In this document: positions 20,124-30,740 of the stretch, one piece after another
How positions within the stretch are numbered: the first letter of the stretch is position 1
Layout of the letters: each line of letters opens with the position of its first letter
From: a virus
Virus record (IMG/VR): IMGVR_UViG_3300007735_000801
Direction: 5' to 3' (one strand)
DNA: 64,000 nt
The notes under the pieces: generated by a model
Databases searched by the model: none
What the model was told of the DNA's origin: nothing
What the model saw: only the letters and a program-made list of their open reading frames with translations
Made by a program: the position numbers and the translations under genes

Positions 20124-20960
20124 ATGCTTCTTATCGACAATAATCAAATAATTTTAGCAAACATCTTTCAGGCTGCTAAAGACACAGATAACTTTAACGA
20201 AGACTATATTCGTCATACTGTGCTTAATTCTTATCGTAAATACCGAATGATGTTTCGTGAATACGGCGAGTTAGTTGTGTGTAACGATAGTTGTAATTAT
20301 TGGAGAAAACAATGGTTTCCCCATTACAAGCAGAATCGTAAGAAGACACAAGATGCAGCAGCAGACCAATGGAAAGAAGTCTATTCTATTCTAGACGTTA
20401 TTCGAGACGAAATCAAAGAGATCTTCCCGTATCCTAATATTCGTATTCAGGGAGCAGAAGCAGACGACATTATCTTTGCCCTAACCAAGCGATTTGCTCA
20501 ACAAGAAAAGATTATGATCTTGTCTAACGATAAAGACTTTCAACAACTTCAGATTTTTCCTAACGTAAAGCAATACAGCACAAACAAAAAAGAATTTATG
20601 GAGTGTGCTGATCCTCGTGGATATTTACTAGAACATATTATCAAAGGCGATTCCTCTGACGGTGTTCCTAATATGCTGTCTGATGATGACACCTTTATGA
20701 CTGACGGAAAGCGTCAAACAGTAATGACAGCCAAACGATTAGAGGCACTAAAGAAACAATCAGAAGAATCTTCTTTTTACAATATGCCCAACTATATAAG
20801 GAATAAGACGATGATTGATTTGTCTTCTATTCCAAAAGCACTAGAAGAGAGTATTTTAGATTCATACCAAGAACAACAAGGAAAAGGTCGAGAAAAATTG
20901 TTTAATTATTTTATTGATCACAAGTTAAAGGAGCTACTTCCAAGTATTGAGGAATTTTGA
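20124..20960 (+). CDS. rnh: RNase H / 5'-3' exonuclease
   Basis: YWRK..FPHYK.NR, EADDII, SNDKDFQQL, GDSSDGVPN. Confidence 0.95.
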   Translation: MLLIDNNQIILANIFQAAKDTDNFNEDYIRHTVLNSYRKYRMMFREYGELVVCNDSCNYWRKQWFPHYKQNRKKTQDAAADQWKEVYSILDVIRDEIKEIFPYPNIRIQGAEADDIIFALTKRFAQQEKIMILSNDKDFQQLQIFPNVKQYSTNKKEFMECADPRGYLLEHIIKGDSSDGVPNMLSDDDTFMTDGKRQTVMTAKRLEALKKQSEESSFYNMPNYIRNKTMIDLSSIPKALEESILDSYQEQQGKGREKLFNYFIDHKLKELLPSIEEF

Positions 20961-21140
20961 ATGGCAAACGAACAAGAACCAGAATCGGAGTATGAACAAT
21001 TCAAACGCTTACAGAAGGAACGAAAGAAAGCGAAGAAAACTAAACATCGTCCAGACGCAAGAAAGTGGCTGAATGATTTACGACACGGACACAATAGTGA
21101 TGATGAAGATTACCAAAGTTTTGAAAGATTTAACAAGTAA
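20961..21140 (+). CDS. Hypothetical 59-aa charged protein (not in ORF track)
   Basis: MANEQEPESEYEQFKRLQKERKKAKK...ERFNK*; GAGGA SD; fills rnh-gp45 gap. Confidence 0.6.
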   Translation: MANEQEPESEYEQFKRLQKERKKAKKTKHRPDARKWLNDLRHGHNSDDEDYQSFERFNK

Positions 21141-21154
21141 AGGATGACTATATT

Positions 21155-21841
21155 ATGACAAGTACAACAACCAGTATCTCTAAGCAGACGTTTAACATTT
21201 TAAAGAATTTCAGCAGCATTAACTCTAACTTGTTTGTGAAGGCGGGAAATAAAATTACCACCATTTCACCAAGCAAGAACGTGATGGCAGAAGCCATCGT
21301 AGAGGAAACATTTGATTCCGAGTTTGGACTTTGGGATCTGAACAAGTTTCTTGGTATTGTTTCTCTTCTCGAAGATCCTGAGTTTATGTTTGAAGAGAAG
21401 TGTGTGGTAGTGACAGGAGTTAATGGTTCCTCGGTAAAGTATTACTTTGCTGATCCAGCACTTCTGACGTATCCAACCAAGCAAGTGAAGACTCCAGCGG
21501 TTGCTATTACTTTTGACCTGATGGCAGATCAGTTCCGTGAACTTCAACGATCAGGTGCTGCTCTTCAACTTTCCGATCTCTGCATCATCTCCAAGGGCAG
21601 TGAAGTATTAGCAGTAGTCAAGGATCTAAAGGATCCTACCACTAATGTCTTTACCTTACCAGTAGGCAGCAATCCAGAAGAAGCAACATTCTCGTTCAAC
21701 TTTAAGTTGGATAACCTGAAGTTGTTTGAAGGTGACTATAGTGTGGAAATTAGCAAGACCGTGATCTCGCAATTCACACACAAGAATCTGGATCTAAAGT
21801 ATTGGATTGCCATGGAAAACACCAGCACATACAGCGAATAA
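21155..21841 (+). CDS. gp45: Sliding clamp gp45
   Basis: ILKNFSSIN, FGLWDLNKFL, YWIAME. Confidence 0.94.
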   Translation: MTSTTTSISKQTFNILKNFSSINSNLFVKAGNKITTISPSKNVMAEAIVEETFDSEFGLWDLNKFLGIVSLLEDPEFMFEEKCVVVTGVNGSSVKYYFADPALLTYPTKQVKTPAVAITFDLMADQFRELQRSGAALQLSDLCIISKGSEVLAVVKDLKDPTTNVFTLPVGSNPEEATFSFNFKLDNLKLFEGDYSVEISKTVISQFTHKNLDLKYWIAMENTSTYSE

Positions 21842-21844
21842 TCC

Positions 21845-22807
21845 ATGATAATAACCGCAAATAATGCGATTGGTTTGTTGGTCGAGAAGTATAGACCACA
21901 AACCATTCAAGATTGTGTACTTCCTGCAAATATCAAAAAGATTTTTCAGGATATAGTAAACTCAAAGGATTGTCCTAATCTTATGCTATCGGGCAAGCCA
22001 GGTCTAGGTAAAACTAGCGTGGCTAAAGCCCTTTGCAATGAACTAGGAGCAGACTTTATTATTATCAATTGTTCTGAAGACGGAAATATCGATACTTTGC
22101 GAACAAAGATTCGCCAGTTTGCAAGTACGGTATCTCTGTCAGAAGACGCAAATCAGAAGATTGTTATTCTGGATGAGTTTGATTATTCTAATGTGAATAG
22201 TATTCAGCCTGCCCTTCGTGGAGCCATTGAAGAGTTCTCTAAGACTTGTCGGTTTATTATTACGTGCAACTACAAGAATCGTATCATCGAGCCTATTCAT
22301 TCTCGTTGTACGGGTATTGACTTTAACTTTGCACACAAAGACCGACCAGAACTAGCCAAGCAGTTTCTAGAACGATGTCAGGGTATTCTGGAAGCAGAAG
22401 AGATTACCTACGACGTAAAGATTCTGTCTAAAGTCATTGTGAAATTCTTTCCAGATTTTCGTCGTGTTCTGAACGAACTTCAACGATACTCTGCGGCAGG
22501 AACCATTGATGTAGGTATTCTGAGCACAGCAGGGGAACTGGATGTGAAGCAACTGATGGGGTTTATGAAAGAGAAGAACTTCAACGAGGTCAGAAAATGG
22601 GTGGCAAACAACACCAACCATGTTCCACAGGATCTCTTCAGGAAGGTCTACGATAGCCTATACGACTTCCTAGAGCCTTCTACCATACCACAGGCGGTTT
22701 TGATCATTGCAGAGTATCAATACAAGGCTAGTTTTGTGAGTGATCAGGAGATCAATATGTGTGCTTTCATGGTGGAAGTCATGATGACTTGCGGGTTCAA
22801 GAAGTAA
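21845..22807 (+). CDS. gp44: Clamp loader large subunit gp44
   Basis: EKYRP, GKPGLGKT, ILDEFD, HSRC, FPDFRR. Confidence 0.96.
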   Translation: MIITANNAIGLLVEKYRPQTIQDCVLPANIKKIFQDIVNSKDCPNLMLSGKPGLGKTSVAKALCNELGADFIIINCSEDGNIDTLRTKIRQFASTVSLSEDANQKIVILDEFDYSNVNSIQPALRGAIEEFSKTCRFIITCNYKNRIIEPIHSRCTGIDFNFAHKDRPELAKQFLERCQGILEAEEITYDVKILSKVIVKFFPDFRRVLNELQRYSAAGTIDVGILSTAGELDVKQLMGFMKEKNFNEVRKWVANNTNHVPQDLFRKVYDSLYDFLEPSTIPQAVLIIAEYQYKASFVSDQEINMCAFMVEVMMTCGFKK

Positions 22808-23190
22808 TGGATCCATTTATTTTCCTTAATTCTATAAACCAATCCAAGGTTCCCTTGATGGACGAAGATCATCTATGCGAAAAAGAGTATGTTCCGTACA
22901 TGACTAATCGTGGATTATCCTACTTTTCAGACACAATCTTCTACGCAAATACGATGAACCGTCACGGTAATATTGACAAGAAGCTTCAGTTTGATTATCT
23001 TCGTATTTCGGTTCGTCCACGAAAGCGGTTTAGTAAGTGGCTGAAGCCTGAACAAGATGATCGTATTGATGCCTTGAAAGCATTGTACGGGTATTCCAAT
23101 ACCAGAGCCAGAGAAGTGGTAGATTTGCTGTCCGAAGACGACTGGAAACAAATTCGCAGCCTTTTAGATCAGGGTGGAGCCAAACTTTAA
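22807..23190 (+). CDS. gp62: Clamp loader small subunit gp62
   Basis: FLNSIN, YVPYMTNRGLS, RPRKRFSKW, YGYS, terminal GG. Confidence 0.92.
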   Translation: MDPFIFLNSINQSKVPLMDEDHLCEKEYVPYMTNRGLSYFSDTIFYANTMNRHGNIDKKLQFDYLRISVRPRKRFSKWLKPEQDDRIDALKALYGYSNTRAREVVDLLSEDDWKQIRSLLDQGGAKL

Positions 23191-23194
23191 TTTA

Positions 23195-23202
23195 TATAAA
23201 TA
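23195..23202 (+). promoter_or_regulatory. Late promoter TATAAATA upstream of regA and the glycan island
   Basis: Exact consensus in the gp62-regA gap, followed by an 8-bp inverted repeat (23204-23234). Confidence 0.7.
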
Positions 23203-23246
23203 CTTATGTTATTGTATGAATTAATTTAACATAAAGCGAATTTGAT

Positions 23247-23657
23247 ATGGAAACTGATGATAATGATATATTTGATGGGCTAGGTGTAGAAATTACACTC
23301 AAAAGCAAAGACGATTTTCTTAAGGTTCGAGAAACTCTAACTCGCATGGGAGTCTCGTCTAAAAAAGAAAAGAAATTATTTCAAAGTTGCCATATTCTGC
23401 ATAAGCGTGGCAGGTATGCTATTATGCACTTTAAAGAATTATTGGATTTGGATGGTCTGGAAACAGACATATCAGATTCTGATATTGGTCGTAGAAATGT
23501 TATAGTTAAACTTTTAGTGGAATGGGGTTTAGTAACGGCAGTAGATCCTGAGGAATACAAAGAACCTCAACTTTCTCTTGCTCAGCTAAAAATCATTCCA
23601 CATAAAGAAAAGAAAGATTGGGTTCTGGTTCCGAAATACCATATAGGAAATTCTTAA
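23247..23657 (+). CDS. regA: Translational repressor RegA
   Basis: DDFLKVRETLTRMG, QSCHILHKRGRYAIMHFKEL, WVLVPKY. Confidence 0.97.
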   Translation: METDDNDIFDGLGVEITLKSKDDFLKVRETLTRMGVSSKKEKKLFQSCHILHKRGRYAIMHFKELLDLDGLETDISDSDIGRRNVIVKLLVEWGLVTAVDPEEYKEPQLSLAQLKIIPHKEKKDWVLVPKYHIGNS

Positions 23658-23659
23658 TT

Positions 23660-24298
23660 ATGCAAACTGAAGTGATTAGTTTTTATAGTGATTTAGATGG
23701 ATCGACATATTACAGTGATCACGCAAAACGATTAAAAAACCAATTAGATCGTTTAGGTTTAAAGTCGGATATTCGTGAAAAGAAATCACTAGGATCTTAC
23801 CAAAAGAATTGTTTAAGTAAACCACAATTCATCTATTATATGTTAGTACAAAAACAACAACCAATTTTGTGGTTGGATGTAGATTCTGACGTAAGACAAT
23901 CATTAAATGTATTTGATTTGTTTCAAGACAATACTGATCTTGCGTTTTCTTGTTCTTTACCTAAATTATATGCAGCAAAAGCATCACCAATATATTTGGC
24001 GTTTAACAGTAAAGTGTTAGAGTTTTTACAACACTGGATACATGTTGCTAGAAATTTTGAAGAAACTGGTAAATGGTTTGATCATGAAGCCCTATTAGGA
24101 ATCATTAATAAGTTCTATACTCAAGAAGGATTTAGAATGAAGTTTGTTGGTCCTGAATATTGCGTTTGGCCTGGAGAAGAAGCAGCTAATTCTGTTATTG
24201 TTATGGGATTAGCTGATGTGGAATCTAAAAAACAATCTTTGCGTGAATTAGGTATTAATGAGGAAGCAATTGCATGGCAGAGTCCAGGAACAAAGTAA
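23660..24298 (+). CDS. GT-A fold nucleotide-diphosphosugar transferase
   Basis: KPQFI...PILWLDVD (DxD), DHEAL, EYC. Confidence 0.65.
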   Translation: MQTEVISFYSDLDGSTYYSDHAKRLKNQLDRLGLKSDIREKKSLGSYQKNCLSKPQFIYYMLVQKQQPILWLDVDSDVRQSLNVFDLFQDNTDLAFSCSLPKLYAAKASPIYLAFNSKVLEFLQHWIHVARNFEETGKWFDHEALLGIINKFYTQEGFRMKFVGPEYCVWPGEEAANSVIVMGLADVESKKQSLRELGINEEAIAWQSPGTK

Positions 24299-25140
24299 GA
24301 GGAATTGGATTACCGTTTGACCCACAATACTCATCTTGCTCTAATATAAAACCAAAAGATTTTGATTGGGTTACTACAGCAGGCGATTGGGTTGTGCATA
24401 TAGACGAATGTCTATTAATGCAACCAGATAGTACTCCAAAAGAAAAACGTTTTGGGTGGGTATGCGAATCCAAGTATATCGTCCCTAATGTATATACATT
24501 TTTGACGCACAAACATAAAGAGATGTTTGAAGAATATTATACTAACATATTCACCTGTGATCAAGAATTATTAAATCTAGATGAACGATTTGTTTATTGT
24601 CCTAACGGAAGCAATTATCCTTGGGTGCCTAAAGAGAAATGGGAAGTATATAATAAAACTAAATTATGTTCAATGTTTTGTTCTCCCAAATTAATGACAG
24701 AAGGACATGTTCACAGGCATCAAATAGCAAGACTGGCACTGGATGCTAACATTAGTGTGTTTGGTGGAGTTCACGGAACCCAAAGAACAGTAACGGATCC
24801 TCGTAATCCATGGAATACTAAAATTGATGGTTTAAAAGACTATATGTTTAGTATTATTATGGAGAATGGAGTGTACGATTCATACTGGACGGAAAAGGTT
24901 ACAGATTGTTTTGCTACAGGAACTATACCAATTTACTGGGGATCCAAGAAATTACTTGACTTCTTCGAATCTGATGGTATAATTATGTTAGAGTCTGGGA
25001 AAGAACAAGAAATCATGGAATCATTAACCCCAGAACTTTACGAAAAAATGAAACCAAGTGTTGAGAATAATTTTCTTAAAGTTAAAGGGATGCAAATGGC
25101 AGATGATGTATTGTTTGAAAGAATCCAATGTTCACACTAG
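24274..25140 (+). CDS. GT10 (alpha-1,3-fucosyltransferase-like) glycosyltransferase
   Basis: YMFSIIMENG...YWTEKVTDCFATGTIPIYWG GT10 motif. Confidence 0.85.
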   Translation: MAESRNKVRGIGLPFDPQYSSCSNIKPKDFDWVTTAGDWVVHIDECLLMQPDSTPKEKRFGWVCESKYIVPNVYTFLTHKHKEMFEEYYTNIFTCDQELLNLDERFVYCPNGSNYPWVPKEKWEVYNKTKLCSMFCSPKLMTEGHVHRHQIARLALDANISVFGGVHGTQRTVTDPRNPWNTKIDGLKDYMFSIIMENGVYDSYWTEKVTDCFATGTIPIYWGSKKLLDFFESDGIIMLESGKEQEIMESLTPELYEKMKPSVENNFLKVKGMQMADDVLFERIQCSH

Positions 25141-25904
25141 AAACCAGAGTAATAAGTAGAATTAAATCATCACGAAGACCTACAATACAGAAGCATCTTG
25201 AATCCAAAGATGTTTCTTTTTCGTTTTTTGATGCAGCAGATAAATTTAGCATTACAAGAAACGATTTAACCTTTAGTTATAAATGGCATAATATTTCTGT
25301 TAATACGGATAATAATTACGGAGATTCTTTTAATGGTAGAAAATGGGTAAATATTGGTGAGATCGGTTGTCTATTCAGTCATTATTCTTTATGGAAAGAA
25401 TTGGCAGAAAGCGAATACGATGCTACTTTGATTCTAGAAGATGATGCTAAATTGTTATTCACTGGAGAGCAATTAACAGAATTTACAAAAACTCAAAATC
25501 TTGATGGAATAGATTTGATATTTTGCCAAAGAAATTCACCAAACTTTGTTACAGGTAAACGAGCATTTGAACACCTAACTAATAAAATCGAAATATTGGC
25601 TACTACACAAGCATCCTTTTGGGAAATTTGTGAAGGAACTGCTGGTTATATCTTAACTAAAGCAGGAGCCAAGAAATTAATAGCACCAATCGAACAATTT
25701 GGTTTTTTGTTTCCAGCGGATAATCATATTCTTAGGTGTACACAAAAACCACCAATCGGTCTTGCTATTTTTGGAGGAATGAATGCATTCCTAACCACGA
25801 AAGAACTCCAAATAGAATTAAGTGAATATGCTAAGACAAGCGAAATTCATGATAAAAAAGAAGAAACTATAACCATGGTTGGTAATATAAAATTTAAAGA
25901 TTGA
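25128..25904 (+). CDS. GT25 glycosyltransferase
   Basis: FFDAAD, GEIGCLFSHYSLW, LILEDDA, GTAGYILTKAGAKKL, PAD. Confidence 0.88.
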   Translation: MFTLETRVISRIKSSRRPTIQKHLESKDVSFSFFDAADKFSITRNDLTFSYKWHNISVNTDNNYGDSFNGRKWVNIGEIGCLFSHYSLWKELAESEYDATLILEDDAKLLFTGEQLTEFTKTQNLDGIDLIFCQRNSPNFVTGKRAFEHLTNKIEILATTQASFWEICEGTAGYILTKAGAKKLIAPIEQFGFLFPADNHILRCTQKPPIGLAIFGGMNAFLTTKELQIELSEYAKTSEIHDKKEETITMVGNIKFKD

Positions 25905-25936
25905 ATTGTCGTATAGATAATAAGAGTGAATTTTTT

Positions 25937-26836
25937 ATGAATAAGCAAGTTTTATTATTGGGTGGTAACGGTTATATTGGTAGTAGATTATACGACCATT
26001 TATGTGATTTGAATTATGATGTAACTAATGTAGATCTTTGTTGGTTTGGAAAAATCCACAAGAATACTCACGAAGAGAATTATAATAATTTATCTAAAGA
26101 ATTTATCAATAAATTTTCTCATATTATTTTGTTAGCAGCACATTCTTCTGTTTCCATGTGCAGCCATTCTTTAATTCCTTGCTTTCAAAATAATGTTGTA
26201 AATTTTATTAAACTTATAGAAAAACTTAATGACGATCAGACACTATTGTATAGTAGCACTGCTGCAGTATACGGCAACAATAATAACTTAGTTGACGAGA
26301 CGTATCCATTAGCCAGTGGTATAAATTATTACGACTATACCAAAATTTGTAATGAAAATATTATAAACCTATACCCAAACAAGAATGTAATTGGGCTACG
26401 GTTTGGTTCTCTTGGTGGATTTTCTAAAAACTTCAGAGGAGAAAATCTATTAAATTCATTATCATTATCTTCGCTTAGAACCAAAAAGATCACTGTTTCT
26501 AATCCTGATAAATTTAGGTCAGTTCTTGGCATGAATGATTTGTGCAGGGTATTTTCTAATATCTTGAATAGCGACAATATCAAAAACAAAGTATACAATA
26601 TCACATCAATCAATTCAAAGATTATCCAATTTGCAGAAACAATTCAGAATTTGAGTAAATGTGAGTTAGTCGTGAATGATTCTTTTCCAACAAATTATAG
26701 TTTTAATTGTGATAATTCTTTATTTGAAAAGGATTATAACTTTAAATTTCAAGACACTGTAGAAACCATTTACAACGACATAATAAATAATGCTGATAAT
26801 ATAATCAGTAATGTCAAAAGAGAAAGCAGAGAATAA
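25937..26836 (+). CDS. NAD-dependent sugar epimerase/dehydratase (extended SDR)
   Basis: GGNGYIG, SSTAAVYG, YDYTK (YxxxK), GLRFG. Confidence 0.88.
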   Translation: MNKQVLLLGGNGYIGSRLYDHLCDLNYDVTNVDLCWFGKIHKNTHEENYNNLSKEFINKFSHIILLAAHSSVSMCSHSLIPCFQNNVVNFIKLIEKLNDDQTLLYSSTAAVYGNNNNLVDETYPLASGINYYDYTKICNENIINLYPNKNVIGLRFGSLGGFSKNFRGENLLNSLSLSSLRTKKITVSNPDKFRSVLGMNDLCRVFSNILNSDNIKNKVYNITSINSKIIQFAETIQNLSKCELVVNDSFPTNYSFNCDNSLFEKDYNFKFQDTVETIYNDIINNADNIISNVKRESRE

Positions 26837-26837
26837 A

Positions 26838-28061
26838 ATGTTAAAAAGTGATTGCAGAAGTTGTGGTAATATTAATCTAAAATCTATAGTTTCTTTAGGT
26901 CTTTCCCCTTTAGCAAACAATCTATTAAACGATATTAATGATACTGATAATCTATATCCATTGGATGTAGTGTATTGCGATAAGTGTCATAATTCTCAGC
27001 TTTCGTATGTGATTCCTCCAGAACAACTATTTGATACTTATTTGTATGTGTCTTCTACAACCAAGACATTTAGGGATCATTTTAGAAATGCAGCAGAAAC
27101 GTATATTAAAGAATTTAATCTGAATTCAGATTCAGTTGTTGTTGATATTGGCAGCAATGATGGTGTTGGATTGGTCGGATTTAAAGAAGCAAATGTAAAG
27201 GTAGTTGGAGTAGACCCTGCAGTAAATCTTGCCAAACTTGCCAACGATAATGGTATTGAAACCATCAATTCTTATTTTGATACAGATACTGCTGAAAAAA
27301 TTATTAACAAGTTTGGGAAGGTAGATCTAGTTACCGCATCTAATGTTTTTGCACATTCAGATGTAGTTAAAGAGATTACCAGAAATGTATTCAGTATGCT
27401 CAAGGACGATGGTTGCTTTATCATTGAAGTTCAGTATCTATTGGACACTATTAAAGATGTTACTTTTGATAACATATACCACGAACATGTTAGTTATTGG
27501 TCGGTAACTTCTCTCAGTAATTTCTTTAATAGTTTTGGTTATTCTGTTGTAAAGGCACAACACATCGACACCCATGGTGGATCTATTAGAGTATACGTAA
27601 AACGACAAAATTCAAACGTAGATGCTAGCGTTGATAAGTTCTTAACGGAAGAAAAGAATTTTGGTATACTGAATGGTGAAGTATATAATCAATTCTTTGA
27701 AAATATTAAAACTATAAAGAAAAATATCAATATCAATCTTCATGCGTTAAAGGAAAAGGGATTAAAGATTATTGGTTACGGATCTCCAGCAAAGGCAACA
27801 ACAGCATTAAACTATTTTGGAGTTGGCACAAACTATATTGATTATATTGTTGAAGACAATAAACTAAAGCATAATAAAATTTTGCCTGGTGTAAAGATTC
27901 CTATTTTTCCAAAAGATAAAATAAAGGAAGATAAACCAGATGTTATTGTGATTATGGCTTGGAATTTTGCAGAAGAAATCAAACGAAACAACAAAGAGTT
28001 GATTGATTCTGGAATTAGATTCATTAGTATCAAAGATCTTCAGAGCGAGAATTTCCAATAA
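26838..28061 (+). CDS. NDP-hexose C-methyltransferase
   Basis: CRSC...CDKC Zn site, DIGSNDG, NVFAH, IYHEH, HGGSIR, GYGSPAK, MAWNF. Confidence 0.9.
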   Translation: MLKSDCRSCGNINLKSIVSLGLSPLANNLLNDINDTDNLYPLDVVYCDKCHNSQLSYVIPPEQLFDTYLYVSSTTKTFRDHFRNAAETYIKEFNLNSDSVVVDIGSNDGVGLVGFKEANVKVVGVDPAVNLAKLANDNGIETINSYFDTDTAEKIINKFGKVDLVTASNVFAHSDVVKEITRNVFSMLKDDGCFIIEVQYLLDTIKDVTFDNIYHEHVSYWSVTSLSNFFNSFGYSVVKAQHIDTHGGSIRVYVKRQNSNVDASVDKFLTEEKNFGILNGEVYNQFFENIKTIKKNININLHALKEKGLKIIGYGSPAKATTALNYFGVGTNYIDYIVEDNKLKHNKILPGVKIPIFPKDKIKEDKPDVIVIMAWNFAEEIKRNNKELIDSGIRFISIKDLQSENFQ

Positions 28062-28745
28062 ATGAAAATCTCTATTGCGGTTCCAACATACGAATGCCAC
28101 GGAATGGGTTGGTTATTCATTTCAGAATTATTGAATAGTATCAAGAAACAAGATTATTCAGATTACGAAGTAGTAATAAGTGATCAGAGTACTGATGATA
28201 TAACCAAGAATTTAGTAGAAATGTATTCAAAACACATGAATATACTATACGTAGATTCTACACATTTAACCAGAAAAATAGGATCTAATCTTAATAATGC
28301 AATCAAGCATTGTACTGGCGATCTAATAAAACCAATGTGTGCTGATGATTTTTTTATAGACAATAATGCTCTTACCAAGATTGTAAAAAAGTTCTATGAA
28401 AATACAGACAAGACTTGGTTGGTTAGTGGATGTGTTCATTGCCAATCAATTCATTTTCTTTATCAAAAAATGATACCTTATTATCAACATAAAATTCATC
28501 ATGGGGCTAATACTATTAGTTCACCAAGCGTATTAACGATGAAAACTAAAGAATATTTTGATGAAAAATTATCACTATTAATTGATTGTGAAATGTACAA
28601 GAGGTTATACACAAAATATAATCTTCCAATGATCATCGAGGAACCTTTAATTTGTAATCGTATGCACGATAAACAAATGCAAAACAAAGATTCAGATCTT
28701 TTACAACCAGAAAAAGCATACTGTATTGGTATTTACGGAGAATAA
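28062..28745 (+). CDS. GT2 glycosyltransferase
   Basis: ISIAVPTYE, VVISDQS, MCADD, ISSPSV. Confidence 0.85.
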   Translation: MKISIAVPTYECHGMGWLFISELLNSIKKQDYSDYEVVISDQSTDDITKNLVEMYSKHMNILYVDSTHLTRKIGSNLNNAIKHCTGDLIKPMCADDFFIDNNALTKIVKKFYENTDKTWLVSGCVHCQSIHFLYQKMIPYYQHKIHHGANTISSPSVLTMKTKEYFDEKLSLLIDCEMYKRLYTKYNLPMIIEEPLICNRMHDKQMQNKDSDLLQPEKAYCIGIYGE

Positions 28746-28746
28746 T

Positions 28747-29571
28747 ATGAGTAGAGTATGCGTATTAGTTGTGAGTCATAATTATCCAGAATTAACCGAT
28801 TCTTTATGTGAATCCATTATTCAACGAACCAAAGGTGTTGATTATGATCTGCACGTAATTGAGACTGGTTCACAGATAAACAATTGTTCCAAGTATGCTA
28901 CATTGTGGGTATCTGACGGTTGCAGAATGACCAGAGGTTTTAATTTATTAAAATCGTATGCAGACTCTGTTCTTAAATATAAAACTGGTGAAAAGTATGA
29001 TGCCTATATGTTGTTTGTGAATGATGCTAAATTCATAGACGATAAAGATCTAGTAACTATACTATACAACGAAATGGCATCTTTGCCTGATTGTGGTCAA
29101 ATTAGTCCATACCAATCTAACATCTATGCACCACATAAACGATTAGGTAAAATGACAGATTCAGAAACAAGAAAAGAAAGTTTTTCAGAAATTATCTGTC
29201 CCATGATTTCCGCAAAGGCATGGGATGCTTGTGGAGATAATTTTTTAGATAACATATTCTTTTATGGATGGGGTCTTGATTATGATATGCCATACCAATT
29301 ACACAATGCTGGATACAGGACATATATAACAGATAAGATTGGCATTTTTCATGATCCGTTTACATCATACAAGAACAAAGAAAAAACAAAGCAAACTATG
29401 GACGGCAGTCAGTTTATTCAATTAGCAAGAGTGAATATGCACGAAGGATTTAATAAAAAATATGGAGCAGGTTGGATGCAGCAATTGATGAATGCGATTC
29501 CTGCAGATGTTTCTAAAGAAGCCTTATATCTTTGGTTGTCTATGAATGATGGATTTAGAGGTACTCTGTGA
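28747..29571 (+). CDS. GT2-like glycosyltransferase
   Basis: VVSHNYP, VIETGS, FVND, GWGLDYD. Confidence 0.7.
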   Translation: MSRVCVLVVSHNYPELTDSLCESIIQRTKGVDYDLHVIETGSQINNCSKYATLWVSDGCRMTRGFNLLKSYADSVLKYKTGEKYDAYMLFVNDAKFIDDKDLVTILYNEMASLPDCGQISPYQSNIYAPHKRLGKMTDSETRKESFSEIICPMISAKAWDACGDNFLDNIFFYGWGLDYDMPYQLHNAGYRTYITDKIGIFHDPFTSYKNKEKTKQTMDGSQFIQLARVNMHEGFNKKYGAGWMQQLMNAIPADVSKEALYLWLSMNDGFRGTL

Positions 29572-30179
29572 TTAATACTATATTATTTGATCTTGATGGA
29601 GTATTGGTAGATGCATGTGATTGGCATTATCATTCCTTAAATCATGCTCTTTCTTCGTTTGGGCATTCCCCAATCAATAAAGAAGACCACATGTCCACAT
29701 ATAACGGTCTTCCTACTCATGTAAAATTAGGTATGCTTGGTATTGCAGAAGATCAGGCAAAGAAAATTAATGCGGCAAAACAAGACTTTACCTTGGATGT
29801 GATTAGGAAAACTGCAAAAATAATGTCAGAGAAAATAGAATTACACAAATATTTAAAATCTAATAATATTCGAATTGGCTGTGTTACTAATTCTATTCGC
29901 AAAACTGCAGAAGAGATGTTATCCAAAACAGGTCAATTAGAATTTATGGACATACTCATAACAAATGAAGATGTATCAAGAAATAAGCCTTACCCAGATT
30001 GTTATAATTTAGCAATAGATAAATTAGATGCAATTGGTTCTGAGGTATTATGTGTCGAAGATTCTGAAAAAGGAATCAAAGCTGCCAAAGCTTCCGCAGC
30101 TAAACATTTACTAATCGTTGAAGACTCTAGCAAAGTCAATCTACATACACTAGTTACTTTTTTAAAGGATTCAATATAA
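29568..30179 (+). CDS. HAD-family phosphatase (beta-PGM-like)
   Basis: FDLDGVLVD, VTNS, KPYPD, VEDS. Confidence 0.92.
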   Translation: MINTILFDLDGVLVDACDWHYHSLNHALSSFGHSPINKEDHMSTYNGLPTHVKLGMLGIAEDQAKKINAAKQDFTLDVIRKTAKIMSEKIELHKYLKSNNIRIGCVTNSIRKTAEEMLSKTGQLEFMDILITNEDVSRNKPYPDCYNLAIDKLDAIGSEVLCVEDSEKGIKAAKASAAKHLLIVEDSSKVNLHTLVTFLKDSI

Positions 30180-30739
30180 TGCAAAACCTAGATTCGTATA
30201 TTTCACATTTAAATTTTAAAGCACAGATTGGACAGGACAAAATCGTATTAGACATTTTGGGTCCAAAATACAATGGCACCTTTGTTGATATTGGTTGTTC
30301 TGAACCACTAAGCATAAGTAATACTTTTCTTTTTGAAGCAACATTCAATTGGACTGGTATTGGAGTTGATATTCAAGATTATGTGGGAGATGGAGGAGAA
30401 ACTTGGAAATCTCACAGACCACAAACCAAGCATGTCTTGGCTGATGCTTTGGCTATTGATTATGCCAAGTTGTTCGAAGAAAATAATATGCCAGAAACTA
30501 TTGATTATTTGTCTTTAGATTTGGAACCGCCTGATTTGACTCTGGAATGCTTGATGAAGATTCCTTTCGATAAGTATAAATTCAATGTTATAACATTTGA
30601 AACTGATGAGTATCGAGAGGGTGGTCAACGAAGAGTTGATGTAAGTAGATCTCATATGGAAAAATATGATTATAAATTGCTTGGTTGCGTAAATCGCCAA
30701 GATGATGTTTACGTACATAATAGTTTTAAAAAGGCTTAA
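30179..30739 (+). CDS. FkbM-like SAM methyltransferase
   Basis: QIGQD, FVDIG, SNT, WTGIGVD, IDYLSLDLE. Confidence 0.8.
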   Translation: MQNLDSYISHLNFKAQIGQDKIVLDILGPKYNGTFVDIGCSEPLSISNTFLFEATFNWTGIGVDIQDYVGDGGETWKSHRPQTKHVLADALAIDYAKLFEENNMPETIDYLSLDLEPPDLTLECLMKIPFDKYKFNVITFETDEYREGGQRRVDVSRSHMEKYDYKLLGCVNRQDDVYVHNSFKKA

Positions 30740-30740
30740 A

